From assembly GCF_000025505.1 (NCBI RefSeq), contig NC_013849.1, positions 1,200,001 through 1,232,000 on the forward strand: a DNA stretch of 32,000 nt, given 5' to 3'. Shown here piece by piece: positions 25,905-32,000 of this stretch; the first letter of the stretch is position 1, and each line of letters opens with the position of its first letter. The notes beneath the pieces were generated by a model, which was not told where the DNA came from, did not search any database, and saw only the letters and a program-made list of their open reading frames with translations. Both the position numbers and the translations under genes were made by a program. The DNA comes from Ferroglobus placidus DSM 10642 (GTDB lineage: Archaea > Halobacteriota > Archaeoglobi > Archaeoglobales > Archaeoglobaceae).

Positions 25905-27826
25905 TGTACTCTCCCGGATTCCTCAGGAGAATGTATTCGAGAAAGTATTTGAAGAGTAGAGAAAAATACGAGGAAATAGAAAGAGTTCTCACTCAGGCAA
26001 GATTGCCCATAACTGTTTATGAGCTGTTAGCGGCGGCTAAGTTTTACGGAATTATCTCTTTCCTCATCAGCAGTTTTATCGGAATTCTAATTTTCAGAGC
26101 AATTCCGCCTTTCGTTGTTGATTTTTTGATTTCGAAAACAACCTCTTATCTTCCTTTGGAGGTCGTTAATTTTGAATTCCCGAGTTTAGACTTTTACATC
26201 GATGGAGAGAAAATTATCGCTTCGGTAAGAAATTACTACTGGCTTTTTGGGATAGTCTTCGGCTTTTTTGGATATAAGTTAACAAGCTATCTGATTCTCT
26301 CGTATCCGTACTACGTTAAAAACAGAAGAAAGAGCGAGATCGATTTGTATCTACCCCACGCGGTAAACATGATGTACGGAATGGCTGTCGGAGGATTGAA
26401 TCCGATAGATATTTTCAGAGAAATATCGAAGCTTGAACATCTTTTTGGGGAGTTGAGTGTCGAATTCAAAGAGGTCGTTAAAAACTTTGACGTATTCAGG
26501 CAGGACTTTTTCACGAGTTTGAGGATCGTTAGGGATACAACACCGAGTAAAAAGCTTTCTGCATTTTTGGACAGCCTGATTTTGGTTTTACAAGGAGGAG
26601 GGAAGTTTTCAACTTATTTAAAGTCCAAATCCGAAGAGTATGAAGAAGAGCAGGAAATCGTGTTTGGCGAGGTTATGAACTTTATGGAAATCCTATTTGA
26701 AATTTACATATCGATATTCATGCTCTTCCCCCTACTGCTTTTAATAGTGCTCGTCGTCTCTAAAATGGTTTCAAGCGAGATTATGTGGGGTTATTCAAAT
26801 TTGATTTACTTAATTCTACCGATTTCGTCAGCTTTCATAATATATCTCGCAAGATCAACGATCCCTCTACCGAGAGTGGCGATAAAACAATTTTTTGAGG
26901 AAATTCCGTCGATTAAAGTGAACGTCAGTGGAGAAGGGAGGAGGTTTAAAGTACTCAGAATTAAAAAGCTCCTGAAAAAAATAGTCTCATTTACTTTGCA
27001 TCCCTATCGAACAAGCCTAATATTTCTGAATATGAGAATCGTAACGATTCATCTCCTCCTCTACTCAGCTGCGGCGTTTCTGCTTTTGCGAAAGTTTGGA
27101 ATTACGTTGAGCGAACATTACGTTCTCCTGATTTTCCTAATACTCTTCCTTCTCACGTTTATCGTGGAATTAAAAAACAAAATCTTGAGGAAGGCTGAAG
27201 AGAAGCTGCCGGAATTTTTCGAGGAATTGGCAATGCTCAACGAGTCGGGAGTTTCCATTTTCGAGGGAATAAAGCTTGTGGCAAAATCTGAAGCGGGAAT
27301 TCTCTCTAAGGAATTTGAAGGGATAAGTAGGAGTGTAGAGTTGGGTGAGCCGATAACAAAATCTCTTTCAAAACTCGTAGTGAGGATAAAAAGCGATATT
27401 TTTGCCAAAGCCGTACCTATTGCCGTAAAAGCTCTCGAAACGAGCACAAGCATAAAAGATGCTTTTATAACTGTCTCAAGGTACGTTGATTCGGAATTGA
27501 GCTTTAGAAAAAAGTTAAAATCGAATTTGATGCCCTACGTGGCAATAATTTATCTCACCGTCCTCGTGTTCCTGTTTGTGGCGTACTTACTGATTTCCAA
27601 GTTTTTGGTAACGTTTTCCGGAATGAGCGTAAATTTCATGGGAATACAAACTTCTTTCGACGTGAATTTGATAAAAGAGACTTTTATGAGAACGATTTTG
27701 CTCGTTTCAGCTCTTTCCGGAATTATAGCTGGAGCGATAGCGGAAATGAACGTGGGAAGCGGTTTGAAGCACGTACTTGTTTTAACCGCTGTATCTTATG
27801 CGGCGTTTAAATTCTTGATCGTTTGA
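25901..27826 (+). CDS. T2SSF/TadC/FlaJ-like platform membrane protein, duplicated domain
   Basis: 641 aa; DLYLPHAVNMMYGMAVGGLNPIDIFREISKLEHLFGELS and KLPEFFEELAMLNESGVSIFEGIKLVAKSEAGILSKEFEGISRSVELGEPI; downstream of its ATPase. Confidence 0.88.
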   Translation: MMYSPGFLRRMYSRKYLKSREKYEEIERVLTQARLPITVYELLAAAKFYGIISFLISSFIGILIFRAIPPFVVDFLISKTTSYLPLEVVNFEFPSLDFYIDGEKIIASVRNYYWLFGIVFGFFGYKLTSYLILSYPYYVKNRRKSEIDLYLPHAVNMMYGMAVGGLNPIDIFREISKLEHLFGELSVEFKEVVKNFDVFRQDFFTSLRIVRDTTPSKKLSAFLDSLILVLQGGGKFSTYLKSKSEEYEEEQEIVFGEVMNFMEILFEIYISIFMLFPLLLLIVLVVSKMVSSEIMWGYSNLIYLILPISSAFIIYLARSTIPLPRVAIKQFFEEIPSIKVNVSGEGRRFKVLRIKKLLKKIVSFTLHPYRTSLIFLNMRIVTIHLLLYSAAAFLLLRKFGITLSEHYVLLIFLILFLLTFIVELKNKILRKAEEKLPEFFEELAMLNESGVSIFEGIKLVAKSEAGILSKEFEGISRSVELGEPITKSLSKLVVRIKSDIFAKAVPIAVKALETSTSIKDAFITVSRYVDSELSFRKKLKSNLMPYVAIIYLTVLVFLFVAYLLISKFLVTFSGMSVNFMGIQTSFDVNLIKETFMRTILLVSALSGIIAGAIAEMNVGSGLKHVLVLTAVSYAAFKFLIV

Positions 27827-27967
27827 GGAGAAATTTCTCGTGAAGATAAATGAGGAACGATTTACCTCTTTTGCTAAAATTTCTGGATTTTTTCAGAGCA
27901 TGGGTTAAAATCGGGAGAATTCGGAGGAATTGAATGGAAAAATCGAAGAGTGTAATGTAGCGATAAT

Positions 27968-28016
27968 TTCCACAGGAAACAAAGGGGTGGGAGGGTAACA
28001 AATCGTGATAGATTTT
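27968..28016 (+). repeat. 49-bp dispersed repeat, copy B
   Basis: ttccacaggaaacaaaggggtgggagggtaacaaatcgtgatagatttt; two mismatches to copy A minus strand. Confidence 0.93.
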
Positions 28017-28331
28017 CTTTATATGCTGTGGAGTAAATGGACTTCAATGGGGGACTGGCTTGAGGAGGTTGAGGAGGGAGTAATTATTACGGTTCATGTA
28101 ACTCCCAGCTCTAAGAAGAACGAAATCGCGGGATACGATCCTTGGAAAAAGGCTTTAAGCGTTAAAGTGAAGGCTCCACCGGTTGAAGGAAAAGCGAACA
28201 GGGAGTTAGAAAAGTTTCTCAAAGAGTATTTCGGAAAGAATGTGAAGCTCGTTTCGGGGGAGAAGAGCAGAGTAAAAAAAGTTTTAATAGTCGGTTGTAG
28301 CAGGGAAGAAGTTGAAAAGCATGTTGGATAG
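28005..28331 (+). CDS. DUF167/YggU family protein
   Basis: VIITVHVTPSSKKNEIAGYDPWKKALSVKVKAPPVEGKANRELEKFLKEYFG...VSGEKSRVKKVLI; start GTG 28005 or ATG 28047. Confidence 0.88.
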   Translation: MIDFLYMLWSKWTSMGDWLEEVEEGVIITVHVTPSSKKNEIAGYDPWKKALSVKVKAPPVEGKANRELEKFLKEYFGKNVKLVSGEKSRVKKVLIVGCSREEVEKHVG

Positions 28332-28701
28332 GGAATCTTACTTAAGACTGCTTAAACTACTGGACGAGCTGTCTGAAAGAGCTGAAAACGGAGCGGTGAT
28401 ATTGGTTGAAGGTAGAAAAGATAGGGAAGCTTTGAGGAGAATCGGAATCCCCGGAGAAATCGTTGCAATTTCTCAAAAAAGCTTTTCCGAAATTTGCGAT
28501 TCTTTTATGGGGAGGGAGGTGATAATTCTTACAGATTGGGACGAGAACGGAAAAAAGCTTGAAGGAAACTTGAGGGCTATTTTCCACAATGCAGACTTCC
28601 ACATAAGGGAGGAGCTTATAAAAATACTTGGTAAGTGGACGACGAGAGTCGAGGACATTCCAAAGCTTCTTAATTTTTTCGAGAGAAACATTAAAATTTA
28701 A
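28312..28701 (+). CDS. Toprim-domain protein (UPF0292-like)
   Basis: GAVILVEGRKDREALRRIGIPG...REVIILTDWDENGKKLEGNL; likely start at MLDRES (28321). Confidence 0.85.
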   Translation: MKSMLDRESYLRLLKLLDELSERAENGAVILVEGRKDREALRRIGIPGEIVAISQKSFSEICDSFMGREVIILTDWDENGKKLEGNLRAIFHNADFHIREELIKILGKWTTRVEDIPKLLNFFERNIKI

Positions 28702-28723
28702 AGTTGAAGAAGGAGTATGGTAA

Positions 28724-29413
28724 ATGGAGAGAATTCCTACTGGAATTACAATACTCGATAAGAGACTTGGTGGTGGCTTGCCAGCTGGCACTATGGTCTG
28801 CATTTTTGCCAATCCAATCGCAATGCCCGAAGTTTTCCTTCATCAGTTCGCTTCTGTCTACGCAACTTTCTACTTCACAACGGTTAGACCGGCTAAGTAC
28901 GTTAGAGAGAACATAGAGAGTATGGGGTTTGACGTCGATCACATCGAATTCATAGACGTTTTCGAGAAGTACTACTTAAGCGAAACTGGAGCTTTCGTTG
29001 TTGAGGACATGTACAGAGATAGAAACATCTTCGACTTCGTCGATGCAAAGCTTTCGGAGATATCCACGGAAAAGCACGTGATAATAATTTTCGACAACCT
29101 CTCTTTCTTTTTGAAGCTAAACGTTCCTGTCGGTTTGAAGGAGTGGTTGATAAATAAGATTTACGTAACGACTAAAAACGTGGAGGGAATCTCGTACTGT
29201 TACGTGATAAAGAACATCCATCCGAAAGACTTGGAGAGCCTCGTTATAGATTTATCAGATGCGGTTTTTGACATCGATGTTGAGAGGCACGGAGACAGGA
29301 TAGTGAACAGGCTCGCCATTCCCAAGGTTAGGAACATGCAGCCGATAACTGAGACCTTCCGCTACTACATCAGCGAAGGAGTGCAGATAGACACTTCGAG
29401 GGACATCGCTTAA
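28724..29413 (+). CDS. RecA/RAD55/KaiC-like protein with degenerate P-loop
   Basis: MERIPTGITILDKRLGGGLPAGTMVCIFANPIAMPEVFLHQFA; Walker-B-like HVIIIFDNLSFFL; canonical GxxxxGKT absent. Confidence 0.75.
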   Translation: MERIPTGITILDKRLGGGLPAGTMVCIFANPIAMPEVFLHQFASVYATFYFTTVRPAKYVRENIESMGFDVDHIEFIDVFEKYYLSETGAFVVEDMYRDRNIFDFVDAKLSEISTEKHVIIIFDNLSFFLKLNVPVGLKEWLINKIYVTTKNVEGISYCYVIKNIHPKDLESLVIDLSDAVFDIDVERHGDRIVNRLAIPKVRNMQPITETFRYYISEGVQIDTSRDIA

Positions 29414-29448
29414 AAAATCTTATAAATCCACTTTTGAACTCTCGTTAG

Positions 29449-29919
29449 ATGCTGAAGCCGAGGAAGTTTTTTCTAACAGCCGGTGTTGGCTTTCACGAGG
29501 ATCCTCTCGTGAGCTTCGAACTCGCTTTGAGGGATGCGAAGATAGAGAAATTCAACTTGGTTCCGGTGAGCAGCATAATTCCACCGGATTGCGTTCGTGT
29601 TAGCTTGGAAGAGGGGTTGAAAGAGCTTTCTGCTGGAGAAATCGTTTTCTGCGTGATGGCAAAACACTCGAGTGGAGAGGAGGGAAAGAAAATTTACGCT
29701 GCCGTTGGCGGAGCTAAACCCATTAGTGGTCACGGGTATTTGGTGGAGTACTCGGGAAACTACTCTGGAGAGGACTTGGATTCGTTTGTTAGAGAGCGAG
29801 CGAGCTATCTCGTGGAAACGAGTCATGGAAAAAAGCCAAATGAGGTTTTTTCGATATCGAAAGTGGCGGAAGTTAAAAAAATAACGACGGTTGTGGCGGC
29901 AGCAGTTTTTGTAATCTAA
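29449..29919 (+). CDS. pdaD: Pyruvoyl-dependent arginine decarboxylase
   Basis: 156 aa; FFLTAGVGFHEDPLVSFELALRDAKIEKFNLVPVSSIIPPDCVRV with processing Ser-Ser; CVMAKHSS. Confidence 0.9.
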   Translation: MLKPRKFFLTAGVGFHEDPLVSFELALRDAKIEKFNLVPVSSIIPPDCVRVSLEEGLKELSAGEIVFCVMAKHSSGEEGKKIYAAVGGAKPISGHGYLVEYSGNYSGEDLDSFVRERASYLVETSHGKKPNEVFSISKVAEVKKITTVVAAAVFVI

Positions 29920-29932
29920 AAAATAAAAATAT

Positions 29933-31135
29933 TTATTCGAGTTCTGGTTTTTCCCACACGTATGGCGCTTCCCACGGAGGCAGTATTTTCACTAAAATCG
30001 CCAGAATTACGAACGGCAAAGCCATTATTGCTAGAGCTATGCTGAGACTTTCTGGACCAAAGACGGGCATTATGTAGTAGGAGTACCCCATGTAGGTCTT
30101 TGAAAGGATCTGTCCCCCAATTACGACGTTCCACCTCATAGCGAATACTCCTATGAGTGTTAGAACTGTAGCGAAGATGTAGAGGTACTTTCTGACGTTG
30201 AACTTGAATATTCCGGTCTTTGCTATTAGCAGGAGAATTATTGGCACGAGAGTTCCGAAGAATATCTGAATTATTACGAACGAAACGAATATTTTGTCGG
30301 AGATTAATGTGACTATTGCGTCAAATCCCTCTTCTTGGGTGTAGAAGATGTGTATGAGCTCCATAGCCTCAAGACCGAGGTCGAGGATGTAGCTGTAGAG
30401 CAGATATCCGGCTAAAGTGTCAGTACAAGCTTTATCAGGCTCTACTCCTCTTATATAACTGCTTGCAATGTAGATCAGAAGGACCAAGGCAATTCCGGAA
30501 ACCATAGCCGAGAAGAGGAAAATTATCGGCATCAGTGGCGAACTCCACCATATGTTTGCTTTTACACTACCAAAGATAAATCCAACGTAACCGTGTAGAA
30601 GCGCTGCCGATGGCAAACCGACTATAGTTACAATATTGACGACCCTTTGATCGGCTTTTAAAGCTTCTTCGCTGTCGTCCCACTCTCCGAGGGTGAGAAC
30701 TCTGTATATGAACCCACGAATTCCCTTGTACTCTTTAGCCCACCTGATGATATCCCTCCTGTAATCGTAGTAGATTTCCGTGAGAAGAACGATTAGTAAA
30801 TACCAGGCGTAAACGAAGCCGAAACCAGCCATCGCTGAAGTTAGGTGCGGTGTAGTCATGATCTCAAAAGCTCTCTCCGGTCGTCCAAGGTGGGCGACGA
30901 GTGGGAGTGGTGCGCAAAGGAGGAATGCTAATGCTGTTAGCAAAGCAAGTCTGTAAGTTGGTTTCACAGCCTCAACTTTGAAAATTCTTTCGAGCGAGGC
31001 GACTATGAAAGCTCCTGCCACCAATCCCGTGATGTAGGGATAGACGGCTATGAGAACACTCCAGTTAATTTCCACCTCGTTGGGATAAATGAATCCTTCA
31101 ACGTGCTTTAACGCCTCCCAAAGAATCTCGCTCAT
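29933..31135 (-). CDS. NrfD/PsrC/DsrP-like polytopic membrane quinone-interacting subunit
   Basis: 400 aa, ~10 TM; WSVLIAVYPYITGLVAGAFIVASLERIF, PLPLVAHLGRPERAFEIMTTPHLTSAMAGFG. Confidence 0.9.
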   Translation of the reverse strand: MSEILWEALKHVEGFIYPNEVEINWSVLIAVYPYITGLVAGAFIVASLERIFKVEAVKPTYRLALLTALAFLLCAPLPLVAHLGRPERAFEIMTTPHLTSAMAGFGFVYAWYLLIVLLTEIYYDYRRDIIRWAKEYKGIRGFIYRVLTLGEWDDSEEALKADQRVVNIVTIVGLPSAALLHGYVGFIFGSVKANIWWSSPLMPIIFLFSAMVSGIALVLLIYIASSYIRGVEPDKACTDTLAGYLLYSYILDLGLEAMELIHIFYTQEEGFDAIVTLISDKIFVSFVIIQIFFGTLVPIILLLIAKTGIFKFNVRKYLYIFATVLTLIGVFAMRWNVVIGGQILSKTYMGYSYYIMPVFGPESLSIALAIMALPFVILAILVKILPPWEAPYVWEKPELE

Positions 31136-31891
31136 TTATCTCACCTCTGAGTCGAGACCGATGTAAAACACCTTAGGCTTCGTTCCCATTTCAGGCTTTA
31201 AAACCTGAATTCTGTTCTCTTCCAGAATCTTATGGATCTCATCATTGGGATCTTTAAGATCTCCGAACTTTCTTGCTTGAGTCGGACAAACTTCAACACA
31301 TGCTGGCTTATATCCTTTCGTTACTCTGTGGTAGCACCACGTGCATTTGTCAGCAGTTCCCCTTCTGCTCTCTCTCGGACCATCAAAAGGATACAGATAT
31401 CGAGCTCCGTAAGGGCAGGCTTGAATGCAGTATCTGCAGCCTATGCAGTATTTCTCATCAACCAGAATCACACCATCTTTTGTTTTGTACGTCGCTCCAA
31501 CTGGACACACCTGAACGCATGGCGGACGGTCGCAGTGGTTGCAGAGCTTTGGAACGAAGTAGGACTTTGCTATAGCCCTCTCGTCGTAAATTGTCGGAAA
31601 GCCCTCCATACCTCCGTTGGGAGAGTCAACTTTCGGCTCCTTCTCTTCCTTCAACCAAACCCATCTCTCAACCCATGTTCTGAAGTAAAAGGGAAGCATC
31701 GGAACCTCGTTTTCTATTTTACAAGCCCTTACGCACCTTCCACAGCCAATGCACTTCCTCGTATCCACAACGAACGCGTAGTAGTGTGCGTTCCAGTCGT
31801 AGTCTTCGGTTGGTTCCGCAAAAGCTCTCCTTTTTATTCCGAAAATCCCGAATAAAGCTGTGAGAGCGAGCAAGAACTTCCTCCTCTTCAT
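31136..31891 (-). CDS. Tat-type 4Fe-4S ferredoxin subunit (NrfC/TtrB/DsrO-like)
   Basis: MKRRKFLLALTALFGIFG Tat-like leader; CIGCGRCVRACKIEN, CNHCDRPPCVQVCPVGA, CIGCRYCIQACPYGA, CTWCYHRVTKGYKPACVEVCP. Confidence 0.92.
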   Translation of the reverse strand: MKRRKFLLALTALFGIFGIKRRAFAEPTEDYDWNAHYYAFVVDTRKCIGCGRCVRACKIENEVPMLPFYFRTWVERWVWLKEEKEPKVDSPNGGMEGFPTIYDERAIAKSYFVPKLCNHCDRPPCVQVCPVGATYKTKDGVILVDEKYCIGCRYCIQACPYGARYLYPFDGPRESRRGTADKCTWCYHRVTKGYKPACVEVCPTQARKFGDLKDPNDEIHKILEENRIQVLKPEMGTKPKVFYIGLDSEVR

Positions 31892-32000
31892 TCAGTCACA
31901 CCTCCCTTGAACACCCACGGCGAATGCGGATCGTGACACTCTACGCACATTCTACCGTATCCGTGCTCGTCGGTAAACTTCTGCGGAAAACCGGCTGGAC
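31888..32000 (-). CDS. c-type cytochrome, C-terminal fragment (truncated by window edge)
   Basis: Minus strand PAGFPQKFTDEHGYGRMCVECHDPHSPWVFKGGVTE*; CxxCH heme motif; ATGA overlap with the next gene. Confidence 0.8.
   Translation of the reverse strand, partial: PAGFPQKFTDEHGYGRMCVECHDPHSPWVFKGGVTE

Noticed and set aside
31232-31855. 207-aa plus-strand ORF
   Set aside because: Antisense shadow of the 4Fe-4S ferredoxin subunit gene.
1-32000. CRISPR array or cas genes
   Set aside because: No regularly spaced 24-37 nt repeats and no Cas-like proteins were seen in any of the stretches read.

Overview
This is an archaeal chromosomal window. The gene content and style look like Archaeoglobales (inference only). 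It is densely packed with mostly housekeeping genes. Main features: (i) the 3' end of a ZPR1-type zinc-finger gene, a VapBC pair and a stretch of decayed sequence; (ii) a TFS-NUDIX-PHP cluster; (iii) an archaeosortase A-like gene overlapping archaetidylserine decarboxylase and synthase genes; (iv) LeuA/citramalate synthase, a radical SAM protein and a WrbA-like flavoprotein; (v) a polyhydroxyalkanoate (PHA)-type locus with a MaoC/PhaJ-like hydratase, an AbrB-domain regulator with a phasin-like N-terminus, a phasin-like protein, a methyltransferase, and two complete PhaE-PhaC pairs facing each other; (vi) GpsA, an aldehyde:ferredoxin oxidoreductase and a ferredoxin; (vii) a 5'-truncated second copy of the MaoC gene, identical by eye over about 362 bp, so an exact direct repeat brackets the PHA/GpsA/AOR block; (viii) tRNA-Ser(GCT) and tRNA-Arg(CCG); (ix) a large surface protein with a DUF2341-like domain followed by a HEPN-MNT pair; (x) GlyRS, UPF0148/UPF0147-like proteins, a type IV pilus-like ATPase and platform pair, DUF167, Toprim, a RecA/KaiC-like protein lacking a P-loop, a pyruvoyl arginine decarboxylase, and an NrfD/ferredoxin/cytochrome membrane redox module cut by the window edge. 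The most interesting observations are the double PhaEC locus, the exact repeat that brackets it, and a 49-bp near-identical dispersed sequence at 17731-17779 and 27968-28016 in opposite orientation. No CRISPR array or intact transposon was seen.
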